Position numbers and translations under genes: made by a program
Source: a virus
Taxonomy: Duplodnaviria; Heunggongvirae; Uroviricota; Caudoviricetes
IMG/VR virus record: IMGVR_UViG_3300010403_000023
DNA: 19,962 nucleotides
Reading direction: 5' to 3' (one strand)
The notes under the pieces: generated by a model
Seen by the model: only the letters and a program-made list of their open reading frames with translations
Told to the model about the DNA's origin: nothing
Database searches by the model: none
In this document: piece after piece, positions 7,337 through 15,973 of the stretch
Numbering within the stretch: position 1 is the first letter of the stretch
Layout of the letters: each line of letters begins with the position of its first letter

Positions 7337-7992
7337 TTTATTTCTCTATCCCATTGCATCCTTAACACCACCTCTTCTTCTTCACTACACCTCCTATACC
7401 TTCTTCCTTCTAAAAACCTTTTAGAAGTATTACCTTTATGTATAGTAGCTACAAAACTATCTATTCCTCCATGAGCATATACTCTTGCTCTTGAATCTAC
7501 AATAAAGTCAAAGTCTTCCCCAATATTTTTATCTTTAAAAGGATGCGCTTCCCAGAATGACTTTCTATAAGCCATTGTTCCACCTGCCACCCATGGCGTT
7601 TCTTTATCTTCATACGTGTACAGGTACCATGCTCCGTTATCTAGGTCATAGAAATATAACTTTGAAAGACCTACAATATCTGCTTCATTATTTAAAAGTG
7701 AATCTACTGATTGGCTGATCCAGTCTGGCTTACGCATATCATCGTCATCCCAATGTCCTATAATCTGGCCAGAAGCCTTTGCATTTCCGTAGTTTCTCTT
7801 AGCGCCTATTGTTCTAAATATTGGTGGCTGCATAATAAGCCTTACGTTACGCGGCACTCCATTTAATCCGCCATACAAACCAACAATGATCATTTCCTTA
7901 TCAGGATAGTCTTGCGCTATAAACATATCAATACATTGCTGGAGCATTTCCAGCCGGCTATCTATTGTTGGCACGACGACACTAACTTTCAT
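7318..7992 (-). CDS. Glycosyltransferase family 2 (GT-A) protein
   Basis: KVSVVVPT...QDYPDKEMIIV, GAKRNYG, HWDDDD, GEDFDF motifs. Confidence 0.85.
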   Translation of the reverse strand: MKVSVVVPTIDSRLEMLQQCIDMFIAQDYPDKEMIIVGLYGGLNGVPRNVRLIMQPPIFRTIGAKRNYGNAKASGQIIGHWDDDDMRKPDWISQSVDSLLNNEADIVGLSKLYFYDLDNGAWYLYTYEDKETPWVAGGTMAYRKSFWEAHPFKDKNIGEDFDFIVDSRARVYAHGGIDSFVATIHKGNTSKRFLEGRRYRRCSEEEEVVLRMQWDREINFGSRG

Positions 7993-8705
7993 TGATGTAG
8001 TATGTAGTTATGTTTTTCAAGAATGTAAGAGATATTATCAAAAGTAGGTTCAATAGGTTTCCTCGTATATAGGTGAACTTCTTTGGCCTTTAAATCCAGA
8101 AGTTCCAGCAGGTAGATAATTGATGTGCTTACCGTATGTATCTCATTTGCTTGTTCTATTATTCCGGCCCAGTCAAACAGAGAGAAGCCTTCAATGGTTT
8201 TCATCTGGATATTCAGCAGTCCGTTATTTACCTCAATCGGTACCTGCAGTTGACTTTCACTGCCGAAGATAGTGTTCACCAGGTTATATTCACCAAAGTC
8301 CCGGTCATAGTCATTCTCCCATATACCATTCTTTATACCGAGTTTGGTCTCCATTTCTTTGTCACGGTTCCACATCGCATGCTCTTTCCAGGTGCGCCAG
8401 TCTTCGTTGTATGCGTCGTATTTAGCACGCATACATTGATTGTAGGGAACTTTTAGGTTCGCATCAGACCATCTTATCGGCAATACGCGCATTCCATTTA
8501 TTACATAATCATCCCTGCGATTATAATCCACGTTGATTAATTTTTTATCAATAAATGTGATACCGTCATACGCACGGTTCAGACCGTCAACGAAATGTGA
8601 CTCAACTCCCCATAACACCTTATTGCCGTTAGCTATCTTGCGAACTAATGACTGCGTGAATATTACGTCACCTACGCCGAAGCTCTGGAGTGGAAAAATG
8701 ATCAT
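7989..8705 (-). CDS. Putative GT-B glycosyltransferase (GT9/heptosyltransferase-like)
   Basis: N-terminal QSFGVGDVIFTQSLVR (GxGD.I) and C-terminal WAGIIEQANEIHTVSTSIIYL pattern; ATGA overlap with the GT2 gene. Confidence 0.55.
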   Translation of the reverse strand: MIIFPLQSFGVGDVIFTQSLVRKIANGNKVLWGVESHFVDGLNRAYDGITFIDKKLINVDYNRRDDYVINGMRVLPIRWSDANLKVPYNQCMRAKYDAYNEDWRTWKEHAMWNRDKEMETKLGIKNGIWENDYDRDFGEYNLVNTIFGSESQLQVPIEVNNGLLNIQMKTIEGFSLFDWAGIIEQANEIHTVSTSIIYLLELLDLKAKEVHLYTRKPIEPTFDNISYILEKHNYILHQ

Positions 8706-8706
8706 T

Positions 8707-8952
8707 TTATAATGCTTTTAATAAATCTTCTTTAGTGGCAAAAATGAAGTCTTCCAAATATACATCACTGTATTCTCTGCTTTTATACAAATTGTAAGTT
8801 ATTTTAGTAACATTTCCATCTTTATCAATATTCTTTTCTCCATTACCGCCCTTTTGTGTTACGGTATCTATGCGGACTATCCTATCTGTTTGTGGCGTAT
8901 TTCCTTTCATAAACCACACGTCCTGGTTGATTTTAAATTTTGGTTGTATCAT
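8707..8952 (-). CDS. Hypothetical protein (81 aa)
   Basis: Coupled to both neighbours (ATGA overlap at 8949-8952); KFKINQDVWF start typical of small phage beta proteins. Confidence 0.7.
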   Translation of the reverse strand: MIQPKFKINQDVWFMKGNTPQTDRIVRIDTVTQKGGNGEKNIDKDGNVTKITYNLYKSREYSDVYLEDFIFATKEDLLKAL

Positions 8953-9611
8953 GCTGTAATTAATTTATGAAGTTCGTACATGGTCTTGATGTCATTCATC
9001 CGATCATTCGTTTTGATCCGGTAATGGTAGGATGGCCGGTAATTTGATATACTCTGCAGGTCCACCCTGTCGCGATTGATAAAGTTCACTTCGTGCCCGA
9101 TCCATTGCATGATACGGCCACTGAGCACATCTTCCTCAATATTGTGCCACTTTGGTATTTCATGGCGTAAAATGTCTGCTACGTCCCGGGAATAGAACTG
9201 GCCGGCGCCGCTGATAAAGTTTTGCTTTATGATCTTGCCGGACCATGGCATGAGAGGTAGCTCCTGAGCCAGTAACCAGCCGCCGTACAGCATATTCAAT
9301 GACAGGTTTTTGCAGAGTTCATATAGTTTGTACTTATCAACGTAGCTGCTACTATGGGTACGAAATACCATATCCCAGTCTTTATCCCAGCAGGCGTCCA
9401 GGGCTTGCTTGTGTTTCCATTGCTGGGTCCAGTAACCATGTGGGCAGTCGGATTTAAATACGTTACCATCCCATTCGTTATTGCCGCTTCCATGATAGAA
9501 TACTGTTTCTATGTTTGGATGGGGTATGCTATCCCAGGTTTCTTTCTGGGCTTGAAGGAATTTATCGTAGGGGTGTTCGTGACTGCTGCATACTAAGATG
9601 AGTATTTTCAT
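8949..9611 (-). CDS. Putative GT-A glycosyltransferase (GT31/galactosyltransferase-like)
   Basis: DMVFRTHSSSYVD, FISGAGQFYSRDVA and EEDVLSG patterns; lies within the GT cluster. Confidence 0.55.
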   Translation of the reverse strand: MKILILVCSSHEHPYDKFLQAQKETWDSIPHPNIETVFYHGSGNNEWDGNVFKSDCPHGYWTQQWKHKQALDACWDKDWDMVFRTHSSSYVDKYKLYELCKNLSLNMLYGGWLLAQELPLMPWSGKIIKQNFISGAGQFYSRDVADILRHEIPKWHNIEEDVLSGRIMQWIGHEVNFINRDRVDLQSISNYRPSYHYRIKTNDRMNDIKTMYELHKLITA

Positions 9612-9626
9612 GTTTTTGATTTTTTT

Positions 9627-9696
9627 TAGTTGTCCAGAAGTTCAGTTATCTATTGGGTTTCAGTGGCGTTGGCACCATTCGCCTTCGGAATGCTAT
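9627..9696 (-). repeat. Junction repeat copy E9 (diverged, in frame in ORF 9650-9904)
   Basis: Minus strand ATAGCATTCCGAAGGCGAATGGTGCCAACGCCACTGAAACCCAATAGA; same left arm as E3/E7. Confidence 0.8.
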
Positions 9697-9904
9697 GAAG
9701 TTTAGCCCTTTTATTTCTAATGACATCCAATATCCTATCTATCTCCTTTTCAACTTTAGCTGTTTCCTTAGCATTCAAATGAGCAGTGTACGCCTTCTTA
9801 TTTTTCATAACCATCTCAATTACCCAGGTCGCAGCAGCTATTTTGTAAGCATTCTCTACATGTAATAATTTGTCTGGGATAGCATCTATATTTACCTTTT
9901 TCAT
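9650..9904 (-). CDS. Hypothetical protein (84 aa), C-terminus encoded by repeat E9
   Basis: Track ORF; ends HSIPKANGANATETQ*. Confidence 0.7.
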   Translation of the reverse strand: MKKVNIDAIPDKLLHVENAYKIAAATWVIEMVMKNKKAYTAHLNAKETAKVEKEIDRILDVIRNKRAKLHSIPKANGANATETQ

Positions 9905-9943
9905 TGCGTTTTATATTTAAAGATGATAGAAGAAATTCAGTAG

Positions 9944-9994
9944 AACGGAGCGTCGCAAATCAAGATGCATAGCGACTTTCCGCTGGTAACAAAA
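9944..9994 (+). repeat. Junction repeat copy E10 (hairpin subtype)
   Basis: AACGGAGCGTCGCAAAT...GCGACTTTCCGCTGGTAACAAAA; CGGAGCGTCGC can pair with GCGACTTTCCG; ends 2 nt before the stop at 9997. Confidence 0.9.
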
Positions 9995-9996
9995 AG

Positions 9997-10728
9997 CTAT
10001 TTAGTTATTTCAATTAATCTCTCTCTTGTTTCTTTATTAAATCTCCACAACTGCAGCTTATCTGCACAAAATCCGCCGGCGTGATGAAGCACTTTTACTT
10101 TTTTGTCATTAAGAATAAGTTCACCTCCTTCCACTTTAATTTCTTTCCAGCTATCCCAGTGTGTCTTTTCTCCGAATAGCCCAGATACTCCATAATAAAC
10201 ATTACTCTCTATCGGATCTATGATTACCGTTCTATAGTTCTTTTTTATTACATTAAATACTGTCTGCTCCATAAAAGGAAGCAAATAACCATACATGAGA
10301 TTGCTATACATCCAGTACCGGATAAACTTTTTATTACCCGTTGCAATAAGGCCGCAATTCATATATTCATCTACACTGCTCCCATCCTGTAGGATAGGAG
10401 CATCCGCGCCAGCCTTACCATAATCATTATTATTACGAACACCTATCACATCAAAATCTTCTACCCCAAATAATTCATCCAGCGGACCTGCGATAATTGA
10501 ATCCGCATCAAAGTAAACTACGAAGTCGTAGCCATCTTTTAACACTTCATTTATCACAAATGGATGAAGGAGCCCCCATCGGACATGAAAGTTTTCAATC
10601 CTTTCGCTGTTAAATACAAACATTGGTATATTAGGGTAAAAATATGCCGCTGATTTTACAAGTCTATCGCAGCCAATTGAGTGATAGAACTCATCAGATA
10701 CATAGGTACAAAAGGCTATTTTTCTCAT
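9997..10728 (-). CDS. Glycosyltransferase, GT8-like
   Basis: YFDADSII (DxD), YMNCGLI, EQTVFN and HHAGG motifs. Confidence 0.75.
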   Translation of the reverse strand: MRKIAFCTYVSDEFYHSIGCDRLVKSAAYFYPNIPMFVFNSERIENFHVRWGLLHPFVINEVLKDGYDFVVYFDADSIIAGPLDELFGVEDFDVIGVRNNNDYGKAGADAPILQDGSSVDEYMNCGLIATGNKKFIRYWMYSNLMYGYLLPFMEQTVFNVIKKNYRTVIIDPIESNVYYGVSGLFGEKTHWDSWKEIKVEGGELILNDKKVKVLHHAGGFCADKLQLWRFNKETRERLIEITK

Positions 10729-10731
10729 TTT

Positions 10732-11988
10732 TTATAACTTTATTGGTATAGGTAATCCGTGAACATGAAATCCATGAAAGCCCAGTTGTCCATCATATTT
10801 TCTTTCATGGTGCGGAACACCCCATGCCTCAATGCTGAAACGTTCTGCTACTTCTATTGGAGCAAATTTAATGTCATATTTATTCTCCAGGTACGGTCTG
10901 TAATCCCTGCCAATTTTTTCATCTTCAGGATGATACAGTGTGATATAGTCATCGGAGGCTAAAATATCAAGTAGTTTCTTTGATCTCAGACTGAAGCCCC
11001 CGTTTCCAATTTTTTTATCTGGATGGAAATGCCATGGAGCTCCGATATAATCATACTTCAACCATAAATTATCCCACGCTTCATAGTTTTGAATATATCC
11101 ATCCGCATGGATATGAAGCATATGTTCTGTATCAATGTATTTTGCTACGTCTTTGATCATAAATTTGGAGTAATTCCTGCGGCCTTCTTCTGTGGTGGTG
11201 CCAGGGAATAATCGCTCTGTAATGATCTTTACATCTCCGAACTCTATATGCTCCTGACAGATGTCCGCAGCGCGTAAAATCCCCATTGGATTATGAGCAT
11301 CTATACCAAAAAGCGTAACCGAGGGTAATGAAAGTAGCTTATAGTCCATAGCAAAATCTCCTTCGATGTGGCCCATGGTACTTTGTAATCCTATATGCTG
11401 CACCAGAGAGGGTACGGTAATTACTATTGGCTTACCTTCTTTTTGGCTTGCTACGGATGAATTAAAGTCCCAGTTACCGGTAGTGGTGAGCGTAGGTGCT
11501 ATGTACTTGTTGTATTGTTCACGGTTGAAGCACATGTTTATACCATTGCAGTAATGGCGGTGTATGACTCCTTTCTCCGGGAATTCCTGCAGGATAGGAT
11601 TTCTTTTGTTATCGCAGTTGAAGCCGGAGCAGATGTTGTCGTGCTCATTGTGGACCTGCACCAGGCGCTCTATGAAGTTTGGTTTTACTATCGCGTCACC
11701 ATCGAGGTTTATAATTAGATCGCAGCCATTCCCGAATGCAAATTCTATTCCTTTTTTTAATGATGCGGTTACACCTACGTTGCTTCCGTTTCTGAAAGCA
11801 TGAGCATTAGGAAAGTGAAGCATTACCTGGTCTATGATAGGTGTTATGCCGGGATCAGTGCTGCAGTCGTCTATAATTACTATAAGATCAGGATTTACTG
11901 TTAACCTTTTTAATGTATCTACGCAGCGCTGGAAATAGCGCGGGCGGTTGAATACAGTTATGACTAAAGCGACTGTTTGTTTGTTCAT
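10732..11988 (-). CDS. GT2 domain fused to a DUF5672-like domain (418 aa)
   Basis: N-terminal ITVFNRP...IIDDCSTD...NLDGD; C-terminal HADGYI...YDYIGAPW...GNGGFSLRSKKLL...EDE...FSIE...GFH. Confidence 0.8.
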   Translation of the reverse strand: MNKQTVALVITVFNRPRYFQRCVDTLKRLTVNPDLIVIIDDCSTDPGITPIIDQVMLHFPNAHAFRNGSNVGVTASLKKGIEFAFGNGCDLIINLDGDAIVKPNFIERLVQVHNEHDNICSGFNCDNKRNPILQEFPEKGVIHRHYCNGINMCFNREQYNKYIAPTLTTTGNWDFNSSVASQKEGKPIVITVPSLVQHIGLQSTMGHIEGDFAMDYKLLSLPSVTLFGIDAHNPMGILRAADICQEHIEFGDVKIITERLFPGTTTEEGRRNYSKFMIKDVAKYIDTEHMLHIHADGYIQNYEAWDNLWLKYDYIGAPWHFHPDKKIGNGGFSLRSKKLLDILASDDYITLYHPEDEKIGRDYRPYLENKYDIKFAPIEVAERFSIEAWGVPHHERKYDGQLGFHGFHVHGLPIPIKL

Positions 11989-12000
11989 GTTTTTTTAATT

Positions 12001-12070
12001 TTTTGCAGTCATGTTTATCTTATCTAGCATCGTCTGTTGCGATGGCACCGGTCACCGTTCCGAACTACTT
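12001..12070 (-). repeat. Junction repeat copy E11 with left arm AGTAGTTCGGAAC
   Basis: Core 12001-12052 ACCGGTGCCATCGCAACAGACGATGCT...CTGCAAAA; the arm contains the TAG of ORF 12065-12754. Confidence 0.9.
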
Positions 12071-12754
12071 TTTCTTTTGTATTACAGTAAAAATAACAGA
12101 CGCTTCCCAAGTCTTAGCCCGTTTTTCGTCTTCTGTAAATGCGCTCAGGTCATTCAAATCTGCCCTGAGCCATCCTTTGTGTTTTCCAGAACGCACCATC
12201 CTTCCCCTATCCGCATGTTCTAGTGCTTGAATATATGAAAGGTTATCGAATTCTACAGGGATGGAATCAGAAAGGTAGAATCTTTGCGGATCGCCCACAT
12301 TTTCGTCAAAATCCCAATATTCATAGTGCCAATGAGTGAATGAATAAAGGCATTCCTTGCCGTCACTATACCAGTACTTCTCTCCATCAAATGTAGCGGT
12401 CGCGGCAGATCCTCCTGGGATAATTAATAAAAGTGGAACATGCATCGGTGGCTTTCTCTCTTCCCTATGCCACCATTTACCTGCCGGCAATTCCATTTTC
12501 TGAACCGAATTCTTTCCATTGAGAATAGTTGTGAAGCCACCAAGGTTATAAATATGCAGTTCCTTCCAAAGACTACCTGCTTTTATTCCTTCAAGCTCTT
12601 TGTTGCTATATACCAGTATAACCTCTATTTCGTCTTGCTGTTCTATTCCGAAATGAGCGTCTTTTCTTAAACCATGAACTAGAGCGATTGGTCGCCGGTC
12701 AAATTCTTCTCTTATTGCTTTGTTTTCACTATCAAACTGTGATGTATGGCTCAT
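12065..12754 (-). CDS. Hypothetical protein (229 aa), possibly a fusion of small phage domains
   Basis: Track ORF; C-terminal LSYIQALEHADRGRMVR...W...AKTWE is loosely DUF2829-like (uncertain). Confidence 0.6.
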   Translation of the reverse strand: MSHTSQFDSENKAIREEFDRRPIALVHGLRKDAHFGIEQQDEIEVILVYSNKELEGIKAGSLWKELHIYNLGGFTTILNGKNSVQKMELPAGKWWHREERKPPMHVPLLLIIPGGSAATATFDGEKYWYSDGKECLYSFTHWHYEYWDFDENVGDPQRFYLSDSIPVEFDNLSYIQALEHADRGRMVRSGKHKGWLRADLNDLSAFTEDEKRAKTWEASVIFTVIQKKK

Positions 12755-12948
12755 AGTCTTTTTATTTTCGGTTCAAAATTATTATCTGCTAGTTGCTGTA
12801 GTCGTTCTTTTGCTTTCTCTAAGGTATCTGCGTAAATACCTGAGTAATGAGATGTTCCAGAAGCACAGGATTGAAGGTCACTGTACTCTGTTATGTTTTC
12901 TTTTGTTGTAGGCTTTCCTTTAGGGTAGCCTAGTATGAAGTGGGGCAT
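12751..12948 (-). CDS. Hypothetical protein (65 aa)
   Basis: ATG follows repeat E12; ATGA overlap with the next gene. Confidence 0.7.
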   Translation of the reverse strand: MPHFILGYPKGKPTTKENITEYSDLQSCASGTSHYSGIYADTLEKAKERLQQLADNNFEPKIKRL

Positions 12949-12955
12949 AAAAAAA

Positions 12956-13006
12956 TTTGCAGCAGAAGGAAGTTTATATATTTAGCATCGTTGCGATAGC
13001 ACCGTT
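12956..13006 (-). repeat. Junction repeat copy E12
   Basis: Minus strand AACGGTGCTATCGCAACGATGCTAAAT...CTGCTGCAAA; ends 7 nt before the ATG at 12948. Confidence 0.9.
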
Positions 13007-13026
13007 CAACACTATCACATTGTGCC

Positions 13027-13701
13027 TTATTTTGAATTCCATTCCATCTCTTCTATAGATAGCCATTTTTCTTTGTCTAATAATTCACTTCTGCTTACTA
13101 AAATTAATTCATTGGGAGGATCAACGAGACCCGAGGCGCCATAAGAATTAGTGGGTTTTCCTGTGTCCAATAAAATTTTAGTTCGACCAACTTTCACCAC
13201 GGTATGAACGTCTGGAATATCTTCTATTTTAGATGGATTTACAACCCATTCCGCTTCGGCGTATTTATCTCCGATTTTTATTTCAGGTACAGCATCTCTG
13301 CCAAAAAAATCGGCAACCTTTATGCTGTGTCGCCATTGCGAAAGCATACTTTTATTAGAAACTTCATCCAACCATTTTATATAACCACTAACATCCACCT
13401 TCGCAATTGCATCCTTTTTAAGGATTAGCTGATAAAGTTCTTCTGCACGCTCAAGCACAGTTTCAAACGGAAGCATTTTTTCTGTGGGAACACTTAACGG
13501 CTCAAGACTTCCTTTATGCATGCTATTATTGGATTTATCTAAGATACTCATTAGTTTTTGAACTTTATCTAAATCCGTTGTGCCGTCATCTGTAATCATT
13601 TCTCTGGCCAACTCCAGCAGCTTATCATAATTATAGTCCCTTCCTTTTATTGGCCTGGCGACTAATTCTATACACTGTAAAAATAATTCTGAATTTCTCA
13701 T
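13027..13701 (-). CDS. Hypothetical protein (224 aa)
   Basis: Track ORF with an A-rich leader; no family recognised. Confidence 0.75.
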   Translation of the reverse strand: MRNSELFLQCIELVARPIKGRDYNYDKLLELAREMITDDGTTDLDKVQKLMSILDKSNNSMHKGSLEPLSVPTEKMLPFETVLERAEELYQLILKKDAIAKVDVSGYIKWLDEVSNKSMLSQWRHSIKVADFFGRDAVPEIKIGDKYAEAEWVVNPSKIEDIPDVHTVVKVGRTKILLDTGKPTNSYGASGLVDPPNELILVSRSELLDKEKWLSIEEMEWNSK

Positions 13702-13712
13702 TGTTTTGGTTT

Positions 13713-13793
13713 TTATGATTAAGAAAAGAATTCCTGTAGTTGCACGGTGCTATCGCAAATCCGCCGATAGATAGACTGTCGCTTGCTGCAAAA
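13713..13793 (+). repeat. Junction repeat copy E13 with left arm identical to E4
   Basis: TTATGATTAAGAAAAGAATTCCT (23 bp, identical to 2581-2603); core 13743-13793 CACGGTGCTATCGCAAATCCGCCGATAGATAGACTG...GCTGCAAAA. Confidence 0.92.
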
Positions 13794-13798
13794 GATTT

Positions 13799-14341
13799 TT
13801 AAACCTCTGCTCCTGCTATTTTATTTTTAATAAACCCATCAATAACCTCTGCATTACCTAACATTCTTTTTATATCTGCTTCACTTACTTCTCTCCACAG
13901 GTGTGCTGGTCTGCTTTCTATTTCTGCTAAAAGTATATCTTTAGCATAAGATACCGCAAATGATGTTTCCCTTCCGGTAGTTATTGGATATGCTATTTTT
14001 GCTCCAGCAAATCCAGTCTGTACCGGTCCTGTTTGCGTCTGAGGTATTGATCTGCCACTTTCAGGATCATAAGGTTCTATTTCAACGACTGCCTGACCAG
14101 AAAACTCCTTTATGTTGGTTACCTTCATCCACTGTGGTACTCCTACAAAAAAGTCCTGCATATCTTCCGTAGGTGAAGGAAACTCCACAGTCATTACTTC
14201 TTTGTTTTTAAACTCTACAGTTATATCATAGAGGAATCGTAAGCCTTTTGCTGTATTGAAGGATTTTATAGTATTCCCCTTCATTCTCGCTGCGATATTC
14301 AATACTTTTACTTGGTAAGTGCCGAGTTGTTCTACCTTCAT
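13799..14341 (-). CDS. Hypothetical protein, possibly an OB-fold ssDNA-binding protein (180 aa)
   Basis: Beta-rich N-terminus, Q/T/G linker, helical C-terminus (RETSFAVSYAKDIL); the SSB assignment is inference only. Confidence 0.45.
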   Translation of the reverse strand: MKVEQLGTYQVKVLNIAARMKGNTIKSFNTAKGLRFLYDITVEFKNKEVMTVEFPSPTEDMQDFFVGVPQWMKVTNIKEFSGQAVVEIEPYDPESGRSIPQTQTGPVQTGFAGAKIAYPITTGRETSFAVSYAKDILLAEIESRPAHLWREVSEADIKRMLGNAEVIDGFIKNKIAGAEV

Positions 14342-14381
14342 AAATTCTTTGTTTTATTAAAATGTCACGTGGAACAATATT

Positions 14382-14573
14382 TTAATTTATTATTTGTACC
14401 GTAATTAAAACCTTCTTTATTTTCCAGCCATACTTATGTGTCAACTCTTTCCATGTAGTATTGCCTTGGTATCTCATCGCTTCTTCTTTACAATATTTTT
14501 TTAGACGACTCAATGTACTAAGATCAAAACAATTTCTTTTTTCGTTCCATAAGCAATATCGCACCTCTTGCAT
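14382..14573 (-). CDS. Hypothetical protein (63 aa)
   Basis: Track ORF 14382-14594; start moved to MQEVRY (14573), 2 nt after the upstream stop. Confidence 0.65.
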   Translation of the reverse strand: MQEVRYCLWNEKRNCFDLSTLSRLKKYCKEEAMRYQGNTTWKELTHKYGWKIKKVLITVQIIN

Positions 14574-14575
14574 AT

Positions 14576-14917
14576 TTAATGGAATTGACCGCAATTACAC
14601 CTTATCTTATAAACACTCATTGCCTTTAATGGAAATGTAGTCTTTGTGTTGATTGTCTCGTAAAACTCTATATCCTCTTCGCGTATCTTATCTCCGGCCT
14701 TTATCCACTTTGCTCCTCTGCTTATTTTTCCGTAGATTATCTGCTGGTTGTACTCCCAGGTTACTAAGCAGAGTTCGGCTCTCATCCAGTGACGGTCTGT
14801 AATAGCGAAAGAATATTCATCTTTTATGTCTGTTGCTTCTCCTGCACTGTTTATTACTATATCTCCAGGTTCCTTCTTAGAAGGTATAGGGATGTAAGTG
14901 GCTATGAAGATGCGCAT
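14576..14917 (-). CDS. Hypothetical protein (113 aa)
   Basis: ATG follows repeat E14 and an A-rich leader; ends CNCGQFH. Confidence 0.7.
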   Translation of the reverse strand: MRIFIATYIPIPSKKEPGDIVINSAGEATDIKDEYSFAITDRHWMRAELCLVTWEYNQQIIYGKISRGAKWIKAGDKIREEDIEFYETINTKTTFPLKAMSVYKIRCNCGQFH

Positions 14918-14926
14918 GGTTTAATT

Positions 14927-14979
14927 TTTTGGTAGTAGGGGTTATGGGATTTATTGTGCTTCAGTGGCGACGCTCCGTT
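14927..14979 (-). repeat. Junction repeat copy E14 (in frame in YopX)
   Basis: 24 bp CGAACGGAGCGTCGCCACTGAAGC identical to E4; ends AACCCCTACTACCAAAA like E8. Confidence 0.92.
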
Positions 14980-15463
14980 CGTCCACATCACTTTGTGTAA
15001 GCAGTTCCGGGTTTTCGTAGATGTTTCCAATAATTTCAACCCACGCTATTTGTGATTCAGCTACATATATAGGCCACGACTGATAATGTTCTTTGTTTTC
15101 ATTATACCTATAAGCAAATCCACCATTATTAAATTCAACTTTTGCGGTGGTTATGAAATCCGCATTGGTTACCGCGTTACCGCAATCAGGACAATATTTG
15201 CTGATTGTGTATTGTAAATCGGAGTGCATTTCTTTTTGTGTGCAATGGGGGCATATTTTTTTCTTAACAGCAAAATTTACAATATCGCCTTCGTACATCT
15301 CTTTTCCTGTCTTATCCGATATGCCAGTATATTGTAGTGCCTGCAAAAGACTTGATGGGCTATTGATCCAGCAAATACCCTTGTTGTCAGTATTTGAGGT
15401 AAAGTTGAATACCCATCTTTTTTCTGTGGTATGCCACACTTTGAATTTTATATCTCTATTCAT
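14951..15463 (-). CDS. YopX family protein with a CxxC...CxxC insertion
   Basis: MNRDIKFKVW...LQYTGISDKTGKEMYEGDIV...EIIGNIYENPELL; insert CPHC...CPDC; tail ERSVATEAQ derives from the repeat. Confidence 0.85.
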   Translation of the reverse strand: MNRDIKFKVWHTTEKRWVFNFTSNTDNKGICWINSPSSLLQALQYTGISDKTGKEMYEGDIVNFAVKKKICPHCTQKEMHSDLQYTISKYCPDCGNAVTNADFITTAKVEFNNGGFAYRYNENKEHYQSWPIYVAESQIAWVEIIGNIYENPELLTQSDVDERSVATEAQ

Positions 15464-15696
15464 TGCGGTTTATTAATTTTCATTGGCTTAACTAACTTTT
15501 TCAATTCACGTATCCTCATCTCTACAACATTACTAATACCGGCGTTCCCTTTTACAACCATACGAAGACCTTCCAGTTCGCCAATAAGCGCAAATACGGT
15601 TATATTGGTATGTAGCTTAACGCATTGCCCTATAGTTCGCTCTTTCGGAACCGCATAGACGTTTTGGTGTAGTAATTGTATATCAGCGTCTTTCAT
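15460..15696 (-). CDS. Hypothetical protein (78 aa)
   Basis: Coupled to both neighbours. Confidence 0.65.
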   Translation of the reverse strand: MKDADIQLLHQNVYAVPKERTIGQCVKLHTNITVFALIGELEGLRMVVKGNAGISNVVEMRIRELKKLVKPMKINKPQ

Positions 15697-15698
15697 GA

Positions 15699-15929
15699 TT
15701 ATTGTTTGTCGTTTCTTTTATCTTTTGCTGGATTACAATTATACATCCATCCGCGTTCGACCAAAAACTTTAACCTTTGAAGTGATGTTTTTGCTGGCGT
15801 GCTTGAAATACCCGGGCCTTTATCATACATATCGGTTCCGTCATTTATTATAGACTCGGCTTCAGCGCAGTGCCAGCATACGCCCTCCCTTAATTCTGCT
15901 GTTGGATTATTACAAATTATACAAGGCAT
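15699..15929 (-). CDS. Small putative zinc-binding protein (76 aa)
   Basis: CIIC...CWHC. Confidence 0.65.
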   Translation of the reverse strand: MPCIICNNPTAELREGVCWHCAEAESIINDGTDMYDKGPGISSTPAKTSLQRLKFLVERGWMYNCNPAKDKRNDKQ

Positions 15930-15973
15930 TTTACTGCGTTTTATGATTAAAAATGATAAGCGTGAAGGTGTCC

